NCBI GenBank assembly: GCA_965261085.1
Contig: OZ253442.1
Coordinates: 1,792,001-1,856,000, forward strand
From: a bacterium
GTDB lineage: Bacteria > UBA8248
Length of the DNA: 64,000 bases
Direction of reading: 5' to 3'
Below are positions 48,914-58,608 of the stretch, in pieces (positions within the stretch are counted from its first letter, which is position 1; every line of letters starts with the position of its first letter). The translations under genes were made by a program, and so were the position numbers. The notes under the pieces are model-generated. The model did not search any database. It had not been told where the DNA came from and saw only the letters and a list, made by a program, of their open reading frames with translations.

Positions 48914-50434
48914 TTACGAAAGGGGAATGGCCTGTCCGGCCTTCACCCAGATTTTGTCCCAAAGATAGGCGCCCGCCATGGCCATGATGCCGGCCAGCAC
49001 CGCGCCGAAGCCGCCGAAGCCGCCCGCCCAAAGCAGGAACAGTGGAACGAGGCATCCCACGATGATGGCGCCTCCCCAGAAATCGTTCTTGAACGGTCCG
49101 CTCGTCAGCAGGTGGATCGCCCGCTCATGCGCCACGGAGCCGAAGCGATGCACGAGAATCGAGAACACGAGGATGCTCAGGTGCAGCAGGATGAGAATGG
49201 TGAGCAGCCCGCCCAGAATGTTCAGGACGGACGCTTGATTCGCGATGGGGAAGAGCGTGGCGAAGAGAATCAGAATCGCCGCGCCCTTCAAGCCCGATTG
49301 CACGCCGATGTCGAGGGTGTTCTCGCTTCCTTTCCACAGGTCGCGCGCCGAGGCTTGGGCGAAGAAAAAGCCGGTGTATATCGAGGAGAGCACGCCCATG
49401 ATGATAGTGGGCCAGAGAATGAGGCCCATGAAGCCCGTTGCGCCGAACATGGCTCCCAGCACCCAGAGAAGGGTGAGGGCGCCGTCGAGCGCGATGAACC
49501 ACGTGCCCCACGCCATCCAACTGCCCCAGTTCGAGCGCAGCATGATGTAGTAGAACCGCTCGGGCCGCTTGAGGTCGGTGACGAGCACCGCTCCCGTGGC
49601 GGCCAGAAGGATTCCGCTCAGTGCGGGCATCCAGAAAGAGAACAGCGAACTTTTGAAGCCGAACGCCCACAGAAACAGGCTGATGACCAGAAGACCCGTG
49701 CTCGCGCCCTTGGTCAGCAGATAGGTGATGATCTTCGTCTCCCAGGGAACCTCGTGGAAGGTGTCGTAAACGGTGCGGCTATCGCCTGGCTTGTTCTCCC
49801 ACTCGGGTACGACGTCTTCTCTTTCCATGTCCATCTCGCCCTGCTTGTAGATGCCCGACTGGCTCGCTTCCGTGGGGTCTAAGAGTTGGCGGCTGCCCTC
49901 GAGATAGTAGATGTTGGGTGCCGTGTTGTATTCGGGCTTTCTCACCTGGTAGGGGCGCTGCGTGGTGAGTTTCGATATCTTCGAATCCGCATCCTCCACG
50001 TCGCCGAACACGCGGCACTGCGTGGGACAGACCACCACGCAGGCGGGCTCCAGGCCCACTTCGAGGCGGTTCGCGCAGAAATTGCATTTTTCCGCCGTCA
50101 TCGTATTCGGATCGATGAAGAGTTGATCATACGGACACGCCGCGATGCAGGATTTACACCCGATGCACCAATCCGGGTCCAGGTCCACGATTCCGTCGCT
50201 GCGCCTGAAGAGCGCCTTCGTCGGGCAAATGTTCTGACACGGCGCGTCGTCGCACTGATTGCACAGGACGGGCAGAAATTCCCTTCTGGTGCTCGGAAAG
50301 ACGCCTTTCTCGACTTCTTTCACCCAGCATCGCCAGACGCCGATGGGAATATCGTGTTCAGATTTACACGCGATTGTGCAAGCATGACATCCTATGCAGG
50401 ATTCCAGATCAATCGCCATTGCATACTTGGTCAT
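48914..50434 (-). CDS. Fused 4Fe-4S electron-transfer (NrfC/PsrB-like) and NrfD/PsrC membrane anchor subunit
   Basis: CIGCHAC, CNQCDDAPCQNICP, CIGCKSCIAACPY and KCNFC motifs, then DLKRPERF, SWMAWG and about 8 TM segments. Confidence 0.9.
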   Translation of the reverse strand: MTKYAMAIDLESCIGCHACTIACKSEHDIPIGVWRCWVKEVEKGVFPSTRREFLPVLCNQCDDAPCQNICPTKALFRRSDGIVDLDPDWCIGCKSCIAACPYDQLFIDPNTMTAEKCNFCANRLEVGLEPACVVVCPTQCRVFGDVEDADSKISKLTTQRPYQVRKPEYNTAPNIYYLEGSRQLLDPTEASQSGIYKQGEMDMEREDVVPEWENKPGDSRTVYDTFHEVPWETKIITYLLTKGASTGLLVISLFLWAFGFKSSLFSFWMPALSGILLAATGAVLVTDLKRPERFYYIMLRSNWGSWMAWGTWFIALDGALTLLWVLGAMFGATGFMGLILWPTIIMGVLSSIYTGFFFAQASARDLWKGSENTLDIGVQSGLKGAAILILFATLFPIANQASVLNILGGLLTILILLHLSILVFSILVHRFGSVAHERAIHLLTSGPFKNDFWGGAIIVGCLVPLFLLWAGGFGGFGAVLAGIMAMAGAYLWDKIWVKAGQAIPLS

Positions 50435-50578
50435 GAAGAATCCTCACTTGTGGTGAAACGTGTTTCTAATCATTTGGCTTAGCCCATTACTAGAACTTTG
50501 CGGCGGGCGTGTCAATTGAGGCAGGGTGATCCAGATTTTTCACGTTGTGGGGCGGCTTGAGGCTTGGGAGGAGTCCGG

Positions 50579-51157
50579 ATGACGGAGGGAAGCTTTATCA
50601 AGCCGAAACTCGCGTGCCTGGCAAGAGGCCTCACACTCGCCCGTATACTGGCGATTCCTGCATTCTTATGGGTTTTCTTCCGCTTGGAGTCCGCTCCCGA
50701 CCTTAGGTGGCGGATGTTGCTCATCGCCGTTTACGCCTACGCGATCCTGAGCGACTTGTTCGACGGCCCCTTGGCGAGACGCGCAGGCGCCGTGCGTTAT
50801 TTTTGGGGACTGGTGGACGCTTTTTCAGACGTCGCCTTCAACGCGGCGGCGCTTTCGGCCGCCGCCTGTACGGGGCGCATCGGCCCCTGGGCGCCCTTGG
50901 GCGTCTTGGCGCTGGGTGCGCAGTTCCTGTGGCGCTGCCGAGGCGGGGCCGGGAGCGCGGGCGATTCGTTGCCCGAAGATACGGCGGGCAAGTGGGCGGG
51001 GGTCTTTTTCTATGCGTTGGTGGGCGGCGTCGTCTTGGAGATGTGTTTCTCGTGGAACTGGCTCAAGCCCATCCTGTTCTGGCTCGGCCGCCTGGTTTTT
51101 CTCTACGCTTTATATTTACTCATCCGAAACGCGCGCTTATCTCAAAGACGCCTTTAG
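50579..51157 (+). CDS. CDP-alcohol phosphatidyltransferase family protein
   Basis: LTLAR and SDLFDGPLARR...GLVDAFSD (DxxDGxxAR...GxxxDxxxD) motifs. Confidence 0.85.
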   Translation: MTEGSFIKPKLACLARGLTLARILAIPAFLWVFFRLESAPDLRWRMLLIAVYAYAILSDLFDGPLARRAGAVRYFWGLVDAFSDVAFNAAALSAAACTGRIGPWAPLGVLALGAQFLWRCRGGAGSAGDSLPEDTAGKWAGVFFYALVGGVVLEMCFSWNWLKPILFWLGRLVFLYALYLLIRNARLSQRRL

Positions 51158-52098
51158 GTAATCTGCTTCTTTTTTCCGAATAAATCCGCATACGCTTTCG
51201 GCATGAACAACAAGCCGATCGTCCCGTTCGCCAGCATGAAGGTCAGGTGGGAGACGAGGCTGTAGGCGAGGAGGTCCGCTTCCGCCGCATAGTCCTTGAA
51301 AAAGAATATCCATGCCGCCTGGGAGGTGCCCAGATGCGCCACCGTCACCGGAAGCGCCCCTATCATGAAAACAAGCGGCAGGAACGTCAGAAGCCGAAAC
51401 AGCGGTATGTCCATCCCGAAGAGCGTCAGGGCGTATTTGTGCACGAATAAAGATAGCAGGAAAACGGAGCCCTTGAGCGCGAGGACGATGAGACCCTGTT
51501 TGAAGCGGACCGCCCGGAAGGTTTTGAGCAGGGTGTGGCCGCCGATTTTCTCGCCGATGACGCCCAGACCGCCTCGCGCCACCTGGGTGATGAAAATCCA
51601 GAAACACGCAAGTCCCAGGGGCAGAGTGATGAGAATGATCGGTGCGCCGCCTGGAAAGGCGATGAGGCCGACCGTCGCGAAGGAGATCAGGTTCGTGACT
51701 TCTAACAGGATGAGCATGGCGACGGTGCTGGTGATCTCGGCGAGCGGGGTCTGGAACCTGCGGTGAAAATAGAGCGCCAGCGCCACCTGGGCGAGTTGGG
51801 TGTTGATGATGGAGACGACGTAGGTGACGGCGCGCACGGGCAGCAGGGTCCGAAAAGTCAGCGGGCCGTGGAACCAGCGGATCATCTTGCTTAAGACGAA
51901 AGTATCCATCAGGAAAAAACAGATCGAAAAACACGCCATCAGCACGAGGAAGGGCGCAAGCCTCGCCTTCGATATGGCGAGGACGAACTCGTTGAAGGGG
52001 ATTCGCCAGAAAATGATGAGGAATATCACCACCGTCAGGCCGATGGGGATAAGTTGTCCGGCTTTGCCTGATTGATGAGAATCCTGGTTTTGCTCCAA
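51154..52098 (-). CDS. Lysylphosphatidylglycerol synthase TM / UPF0104 flippase-like membrane protein
   Basis: About 8 TM segments and LPVTVAHLGTSQAA (LPitpgGlG-type motif). Confidence 0.65.
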   Translation of the reverse strand: MEQNQDSHQSGKAGQLIPIGLTVVIFLIIFWRIPFNEFVLAISKARLAPFLVLMACFSICFFLMDTFVLSKMIRWFHGPLTFRTLLPVRAVTYVVSIINTQLAQVALALYFHRRFQTPLAEITSTVAMLILLEVTNLISFATVGLIAFPGGAPIILITLPLGLACFWIFITQVARGGLGVIGEKIGGHTLLKTFRAVRFKQGLIVLALKGSVFLLSLFVHKYALTLFGMDIPLFRLLTFLPLVFMIGALPVTVAHLGTSQAAWIFFFKDYAAEADLLAYSLVSHLTFMLANGTIGLLFMPKAYADLFGKKKQIT

Positions 52099-52124
52099 AG
52101 CGAAACTCCTTTGAAGAGGCGTGC

Positions 52125-53030
52125 TTATTCTTGATTTGGCAGCGAGAGGTCCAGAGTTTCATCGACGCCGGTGGAGGTGATGGAGGTGGCGTTTCTGGGT
52201 TCCTCATCACGACACAGATGCTCGTAAAAAATAATGTCGAATACGGTGCGGCTCATGGCGGAAGAAGGAGAGAAGCGGCTGATGATGCTCGAAGCGGCCC
52301 GGGCCGGCCCTCTGGGGATCGTCAGGATGCGGGGTTGTTTCCCGAGCCTTTTCCCGGCGCGCATCAAGAGTTCGGAATAGAGCAGGGTGTCCGGCCCCAC
52401 GAGGTTCATGCGCTTGAGCGGCGCCTCGGGATGAAGGAGCGACCACTCAACCGCACTCAGAACGTCGCCTAAGTAGATCGGCTGGATTCGAATCGCTCCT
52501 CCCGCCACAAGGGGGATCACTGAAGAGCGGAGCAGGTGTTTTATCTGGTTCATCGCCGGGGTATCGGGCCCCAGAATCATGGGCACGCGAAATATGGCGC
52601 CCGACGCGAAATTCCCTTCAATCAAATCTTCCGCCTGCCCTTTTGTCCGTAAATACTCGTTTTCTGACTCAGAATCCGCATCTGGAAAACTCAAGTACAC
52701 AAAGGATTTTACGCCGCGGGCGATGCTCGCCTCCACCATGTTTTTCGTGGTGATCAGATTCGCTTGAAGGAGGGAGTCGCCCGCTCTCGGAACGAGGGAA
52801 CCCGTCAGGTGCGCCACGCAGTCAGCACCTTCCACGGCGCGGCTGAGGCTTCCCGCGTCGCCGTAGTCCACCTGTATCAATTCGGCGGGGAGATCGCGCA
52901 GGTTCTCGCTTCGTCCCATATCCCGGACGAGCGCCCGCAGGCGAGCCTGCCCGAAGGGCGAATCCGCCCCGAGACGTTCGATGAGCGCTTTGCCGACGGC
53001 GCCGTTCGCGCCCGTGATGGCGATGTCGAT
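52125..53030 (-). CDS. NAD(P)-binding SDR/epimerase-like protein (NDUFA9-like), probable ATC start
   Basis: The Rossmann motif IAITGANGAVGKAL is in frame upstream of ATG 52919. YLRTK and QPIYLGDV motifs. GGGAG lies 7 nt before ATC 53030. Confidence 0.75.
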   Translation of the reverse strand: MDIAITGANGAVGKALIERLGADSPFGQARLRALVRDMGRSENLRDLPAELIQVDYGDAGSLSRAVEGADCVAHLTGSLVPRAGDSLLQANLITTKNMVEASIARGVKSFVYLSFPDADSESENEYLRTKGQAEDLIEGNFASGAIFRVPMILGPDTPAMNQIKHLLRSSVIPLVAGGAIRIQPIYLGDVLSAVEWSLLHPEAPLKRMNLVGPDTLLYSELLMRAGKRLGKQPRILTIPRGPARAASSIISRFSPSSAMSRTVFDIIFYEHLCRDEEPRNATSITSTGVDETLDLSLPNQE

Positions 53031-53112
53031 GGGTTTTCTCCCGTCAGGTCGAAAGGCGTCCGTGCGCGACGGGTTCTTGATCGTCCGCCGCGACTTGGTT
53101 GCGGTCTCCGGC

Positions 53113-54351
53113 CTAGACCGTGAGCATTTCGTGGGTCGGCGCGGTCATCTTCTCGATGGGCAGTCCGTGCGTGCAGGCGCCTGCGCAGCTTTGGTGGCTG
53201 CATGTGAGACATGCCGATGCGCCCGCGCCCAGGAGGGAGTACTCGGCTTTGGCGAATCGCACGTCTTCATAGTCTGTCGCATACATGCGGGTGCGGAGCA
53301 CGTCCGCGATGGGGACGTTCTCCGGACACGCGCCCTCACAATCGTTGCACGCATGGCGGCAGTAGGAAGCTCCGTTGAGCCGCGCGTATTTTTTGAGGAT
53401 CGGCATTTCACGGCGCGATATCTTCTTCCAGCCCGAGCCGCCCACGAACTCTGTGATGTTCTCCTTGCTCGTCATCGAGATGATGAGGGAGTCCACGTTG
53501 GGGTTCGAGAGCACCCAGCGGAAGGCGGCCTGCGAGTAAGTGGCGCCTCCTTTCTCATAGAGCCGCATGTCGTTTAGGCGCGCGCCCATGAGCGTTTTCA
53601 TGGCGACGACGCCGATGCCCTTGGCCTTCGCCCTTGCGAGGACCCCGGGCAGTTTCGGGAATCTGGCGATGAAATCGAAACCGCGCGTGAACCTCTGGTA
53701 GAAGGCCGGGTCCTGGCCGAAATTGTACGCCACCAGGAATACGTCCACCGCACTGTTGTCGATGCAGTAATCGAGGCACTCGATCAGGTTGCCCGCATGG
53801 CCGGACATGCCGGAATACCGGATTTTCCCCTGTTTTTTCGCAAGCGCCACGAACTCGCCCCATTCGGGGTTCTTCAACCTGTCCACGTCGTTCACCGCGT
53901 GGTTGAAATAGACGTCCACATAATCGGTCTGGAGTTTTCGCAGGCTTTGTTCGAGAGAGCGCATCATCGACTCTTTTTTGTCCGTGGAACTCGTATGCGT
54001 CTTGGAAGTGAGGTAGACCTTGTGGCGTTTTCCCTTGAGCGCGCGGCCGATGGTGGTCTCGGATTCTCCCCAGGAGTAGCTCTCTGCGGTGTCGAAATAG
54101 TTGATCCCTGAATCGAGGGCGTGGAGAACGAGGTCTTCCTCGCCTGCGCCCAATCGGCTGCCGCCGAATGAAATGTCCGACATCTTGATGTCCGTTTTGC
54201 CCAGGGTGACGTAGCGGCGAACCCGGTTCTGCGCGGCGTCCGCTTCCATGGCGCGCGCGAGGGGCAGGAGTCCTGCGCCGAGACCGGCGAAAGCGCTTTT
54301 TCGGATAAAATCGCGTCTTGGTAAAAAGTCGGAATGATGGGGCATCGGCAT
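53113..54351 (-). CDS. Aldo/keto reductase with Tat signal and C-terminal 4Fe-4S dicluster domain
   Basis: PRRDFIRK twin-arginine motif; YFDTAESY, LQTDYVD and VVAMKT; CRHACNDCEGACP and CLTC...CAGAC. Confidence 0.88.
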   Translation of the reverse strand: MPMPHHSDFLPRRDFIRKSAFAGLGAGLLPLARAMEADAAQNRVRRYVTLGKTDIKMSDISFGGSRLGAGEEDLVLHALDSGINYFDTAESYSWGESETTIGRALKGKRHKVYLTSKTHTSSTDKKESMMRSLEQSLRKLQTDYVDVYFNHAVNDVDRLKNPEWGEFVALAKKQGKIRYSGMSGHAGNLIECLDYCIDNSAVDVFLVAYNFGQDPAFYQRFTRGFDFIARFPKLPGVLARAKAKGIGVVAMKTLMGARLNDMRLYEKGGATYSQAAFRWVLSNPNVDSLIISMTSKENITEFVGGSGWKKISRREMPILKKYARLNGASYCRHACNDCEGACPENVPIADVLRTRMYATDYEDVRFAKAEYSLLGAGASACLTCSHQSCAGACTHGLPIEKMTAPTHEMLTV

Positions 54352-54537
54352 TCTCCACGGTAGAGAAAGGTGGCGACCCGCCTATCTCACCTTATTTTTT
54401 CGTTCCGGTCAATTCGCGGGATTTGCTCGCTCATCAAGTCTTTGCGCCAGCGGATCCCGGACGCGAAAACGGCCTCTCTCCGCACGCGACGCCATTTTCA
54501 AATACCGGCCTGTAGAACAAGCCTTACCTCATGAAAA

Positions 54538-55770
54538 TCATGCGTCGATGACCCGGAAGCTCCTGTCCTGCGGGATGAGCATCTCCCAGCCGTTTTCCTT
54601 CACGATCACCGAGTATTCGATCTGGTATCCCCCGAAGCCGAACGTGCCGATGGGCGCCTCGATGTTGATCACCGAATCGACGGGGAAAGGAATCTCGGAG
54701 GTTTTTGGGTAGAACGGCTGGTCGTGCTTCGATTCAGGACCCAGGATGAACGGGAATTCCCTCGCTTCGAGGCCAATCGTGTGGCCGGCGAAGGGTGCGT
54801 CGAACTCGGCGAAGCGCGACTGGATTCCCTTGAGCAGGGCCTGATATATCTGGTTGCCCGTGCAGCCGGCCTTTATCACTTCCAGGCATTCGTGGAATCC
54901 CTCTTCGACCCCCTTCCATTCGCGCTGCGTCCGCGCGCTCGGCTCGCCGATGGAGCCGCAGCTTCCCGTGTCGGCGTTGTAGTTTCTATGAAAGAGCCCC
55001 GCGTCGAACATGAAGCCGTCGCCCTTTTGGAGTTTTCTGTCGGTGGGGGGAAAGATGAAGACGCCCCTCGGGCCGCTGTTGAAGTGGAACCAGTGCCACA
55101 TGCCGCCGGGCCGGGCCACCTCCTGGCGCCAGACCTCGGCCACCTCGCGCTCGCTCACGCCCTCGCGCACGAAGTCGAACACCTCGGAGATGGCGTCTTC
55201 ATTCACCTGGGCCGCCTCGCGCAGGCGGTCGAGTTCATCCGCCGTCTTGACGAGGCGCGTCATGAGGAACAGGCCCGAACCCGGGATAAATTCACAATGG
55301 GGGAGTTTTTCCTTCAAGGTGGCGAACAGGCTGTCCGGGCAGCCCTCCTCATCCAGGGCGATTTTGCCGGAAGTGATGCCCCGGTCCCTGAGCGCGGCGA
55401 GGAGCCCGTCGAGAAGGGTCGCGTGCTTGCCTCCGCTCGCATGAAGCTCCCGGTAGCGCCTCATCTCGTCGTCGTGCGGCTCATAGCCTTCCGGTTCGAT
55501 GTGATTCGCCTGTCCTCCCCAGACGTAGACGTTCTCCGCGTGTCCGCCATAGGCGGCGTAATAGGTGTTGTCCGCGCGGTTCATGATGAGGTCGGTGCCC
55601 GCGTCGGGGTTGTTGGTGATCACGCCATAGCTTTTGCGCGCGCGGTAGACCCGCTGCGCCCAGCCGATGTGGCCCGTCAGATAGGTGACGTTCTCAAGCG
55701 TCGTGCCGATCATGGCGACCACGTCGTGTTCTTTCATCAGTTCCAGCGCGTGTTCCCTGTTGTAAAGCAT
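54538..55770 (-). CDS. M24 family (Xaa-Pro peptidase/creatinase-like) hydrolase
   Basis: ENVTYLTG, RLVKTADE, and metal-ligand positions DAG, ADT, GHTIG, IEAP and IEYS. Confidence 0.85.
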   Translation of the reverse strand: MLYNREHALELMKEHDVVAMIGTTLENVTYLTGHIGWAQRVYRARKSYGVITNNPDAGTDLIMNRADNTYYAAYGGHAENVYVWGGQANHIEPEGYEPHDDEMRRYRELHASGGKHATLLDGLLAALRDRGITSGKIALDEEGCPDSLFATLKEKLPHCEFIPGSGLFLMTRLVKTADELDRLREAAQVNEDAISEVFDFVREGVSEREVAEVWRQEVARPGGMWHWFHFNSGPRGVFIFPPTDRKLQKGDGFMFDAGLFHRNYNADTGSCGSIGEPSARTQREWKGVEEGFHECLEVIKAGCTGNQIYQALLKGIQSRFAEFDAPFAGHTIGLEAREFPFILGPESKHDQPFYPKTSEIPFPVDSVINIEAPIGTFGFGGYQIEYSVIVKENGWEMLIPQDRSFRVIDA

Positions 55771-55943
55771 GGTTTTCTCCCTGAAAAAATTCTTTTGCTT
55801 CATGAAATTTTGTTGGAAAGTGTCCTGGGGGGAATATGTATCACAACCAAAGCGTTTCAGGCGAGGCGATGCGCCTTGACAGAAACGTCCCGAAGCGCAA
55901 GGTTTAATAACAGCAAGAGCATTTGGGTTATCATCATGAGGAG

Positions 55944-56531
55944 ATGGAGTTGAGCGTGGAACTGGATCGCCCGAGCGCCGAGGCGCTTTTATTCGAGTGG
56001 ACGAAAAGCCCCGGCTTGAGAGCGCATGCCCGGGCGGTGGAGGCCGCGCTGCGCGCCTACGCGAAGAAATTCGGAGAAGACGAGGCGCTTTGGGGAGTCA
56101 CAGGCCTGCTGCACGACATGGATTACGAGAAACATCCATCGCCCGAAGAGCACCCCGAGACCGGCTGCGCGGCGCTCCGTGAGGCGGGCTATCCCGAAGA
56201 GATGATACAGGCCATCCTGGGACATGCCCAGTATCTGGACGTTCCCCGGGAGACGCGCCTGGCTCAAGCGCTTTTCGCCGTGGATGAGTTGGTGGGCCTC
56301 ATCACCGCCGTCTCTCTGGTGAACCCGGCGAAAGACATCCGCGAGGTCAAGCCGAGAAGCATACGGAAAAAGTGGAAGGACAAGGCTTTCGCCAAGGGTG
56401 TGAATCGCGAGGACGTGGAGACGGGAGCCTCCGAACTGGGGGTGCCTTTGGAGGAGCACGTCGCCTTTACGCTGGAAGCTATGCAGGGCGCGGCTGAGGA
56501 TTTGGGCCTCGATGGCTCGCGCGCTCGTTGA
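55944..56531 (+). CDS. HD/HDIG domain metal-dependent phosphohydrolase
   Basis: HARAVE, GLLHDMDYE, ILGHA, DELVG and FAKGVNR motifs. Confidence 0.88.
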   Translation: MELSVELDRPSAEALLFEWTKSPGLRAHARAVEAALRAYAKKFGEDEALWGVTGLLHDMDYEKHPSPEEHPETGCAALREAGYPEEMIQAILGHAQYLDVPRETRLAQALFAVDELVGLITAVSLVNPAKDIREVKPRSIRKKWKDKAFAKGVNREDVETGASELGVPLEEHVAFTLEAMQGAAEDLGLDGSRAR

Positions 56532-56569
56532 TGTGTTTGTTTTTTTTTGTAAAAAAGGTTGATTTCACG

Positions 56570-56598
56570 TTGACGGCTTTGATTGATTTAAGCATAAT
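56570..56598 (+). promoter_or_regulatory. Putative sigma70 promoter of korAB
   Basis: TTGACG, 17 nt spacer, CATAAT. Confidence 0.45.
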
Positions 56599-56751
56599 TC
56601 GCGATCGGCTGGTTGGTCGATGAATCGCCACTCGGACTCAAAAAAGATATGCCCAAAAAAGACATGCACGACTTATGGTATTTCTCAGTGAATGAAACCC
56701 TCCACGTATTTTCCGACACCAGGTCAATCCAACTAAAGGACATCCAAACCA

Positions 56752-58608
56752 ATGGCTGAGTCTTCAGGTAAAAACGGGGCTGAGAAGCAGCTTGTTGAAC
56801 TAGAAACGGTGGCGATCCGCTTCGCCGGGGACTCCGGCGACGGAATGCAGCTTACCGGAGACAGGTTCACGAACGCGGCGGCCATTGCCGGGAACGATCT
56901 GAGCACGTTCCCCGATTTTCCCGCCGAGATTCGCGCGCCTGTCGGGACTCTCGCCGGAGTGAGCGGGTTCCAGATCAATTTCTCGAGCAAGGACATTCAT
57001 ACGCCGGGCGACGCCGTGGACGTTCTGGTGGCGATGAACCCCGCCGCGCTCAAGACGAGCATCTGCGATTTGAAGAGCGGCGGCATCATCATCGCCAACG
57101 TCGACAACTTCGGCCCGAAGAATCTCGACAAGGCCGGCTATGCGTCGAACCCCCTCGAGGATGAGGAGTTCAAGAGCAACTATGATGTCCACGAGGTGAA
57201 GATCACCTCCATGACGCGCCGGGCCCTGGAAGACATGGAGCTTCAGTCCAACCTGGCGGATCGGTGCAAGAACTTCTTCGCGCTGGGTCTGATGTTCTGG
57301 ATGTATTCGCGCCCCATCGAGCCGACCAAGCAGTGGATCGAGGAGAAATTCGGAAAACGCCCCGAGTTCGTGCAAGCCAACACGCGCGCCCTCGAGGCGG
57401 GTTTTTTCTTTGGTGAGAACACCGAGGTCTTCACCAGCAACTACATCGTGCGCGAAGCGACCTATCCGCCCGGCAAATACAGAAACATCTCGGGCAACGT
57501 CGCCCTGGCCTTCGGCTTCATCGCGGCGACGAAGAAGATGGGGATCAACCTTTTCTGGGGTGCCTATCCGATAACGCCGGCCAGCGACGTTCTCCACGAA
57601 CTCTCCCGCCACAAGAATTTCGGTGTGCAGACCTTCCAGGCGGAAGATGAAATCGCGGCCGTCTCCTCCGCTCTGGGCGCTTCGTTCACAGGCTCTCTCG
57701 GCGTGACGTGCTCCAGCGGTCCCGGCATCGCCCTGAAGGCCGAAGCCATGGGGCTGGCCGTGATGACGGAGCTTCCCATGGTCATCGCCAACATCCAGCG
57801 CGGCGGCCCGAGCACGGGCCTTCCCACGAAGACCGAGCAGGCCGACCTTCTCCAGGTGATGTTCGGGCGCAACAGCGAGAGCCCGCTGCCGGTCGTGGCG
57901 GCGGCCACGCCGGGGGATTGCTTCTGGACGGCGATAGAAGCGTGCCGCCTGGCGGTGAAATACATGACGCCCGTGGTGGTTTTGAGCGACGGTTATCTGG
58001 CCAACGGTTCCGAACCCTGGCTGCTGCCCAAGGCCTCCGACATCCCCGAGATGCCGGTAGCCTTCCGGACGGACCCGGAAGGGTTCCTGCCCTACCAGCG
58101 GGACCCCGAAACGCTGGCCCGTCCGTGGGCGATTCCCGGGACGCCCGGGCTCGAGCACAGAATCGGCGGAATCGAAAAAGAGGACGGGACCGGCAACGTC
58201 AACTACGAGCCCGAGAACCACGAATTCATGGTGCGCACGCGCGACGCGAAAATTGCGGGCATTGCGAAGGACATCCCGCCCGTGGAGGTCATCGGCGAGA
58301 AGAGCGGCAAGGTTCTCGTCATCGGTTGGGGTGGAACCTTCGGCGCCATCACGGCGGCGATGGAGGCTCTACAAGCTCGCGGCGCCTCCGTATCCCAGGT
58401 TCACCTCCGGCACCTCAACCCCTTCCCGGCGAACCTCGAAGAAGTGATGAGCGGTTTCGAAAAAATTCTCATCCCCGAGCTGAACCTCGGGCAACTCTCC
58501 AAAATGCTCCGCTACCAATATCTGGTCGACACGATCAGCTTCAATAAAGTACAAGGAAAGCCCTTCAAGGTCGGCGAACTGATTACCAAGATTGAGGAGT
58601 TACTCTAA
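56752..58608 (+). CDS. korA: 2-oxoacid:ferredoxin oxidoreductase subunit alpha (gamma-alpha fusion)
   Basis: FAGDSGDGMQLTG, YPITPAS, QAEDEIAA and QRGGPSTGLPTK motifs. Substrate not determinable. Confidence 0.9.
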   Translation: MAESSGKNGAEKQLVELETVAIRFAGDSGDGMQLTGDRFTNAAAIAGNDLSTFPDFPAEIRAPVGTLAGVSGFQINFSSKDIHTPGDAVDVLVAMNPAALKTSICDLKSGGIIIANVDNFGPKNLDKAGYASNPLEDEEFKSNYDVHEVKITSMTRRALEDMELQSNLADRCKNFFALGLMFWMYSRPIEPTKQWIEEKFGKRPEFVQANTRALEAGFFFGENTEVFTSNYIVREATYPPGKYRNISGNVALAFGFIAATKKMGINLFWGAYPITPASDVLHELSRHKNFGVQTFQAEDEIAAVSSALGASFTGSLGVTCSSGPGIALKAEAMGLAVMTELPMVIANIQRGGPSTGLPTKTEQADLLQVMFGRNSESPLPVVAAATPGDCFWTAIEACRLAVKYMTPVVVLSDGYLANGSEPWLLPKASDIPEMPVAFRTDPEGFLPYQRDPETLARPWAIPGTPGLEHRIGGIEKEDGTGNVNYEPENHEFMVRTRDAKIAGIAKDIPPVEVIGEKSGKVLVIGWGGTFGAITAAMEALQARGASVSQVHLRHLNPFPANLEEVMSGFEKILIPELNLGQLSKMLRYQYLVDTISFNKVQGKPFKVGELITKIEELL

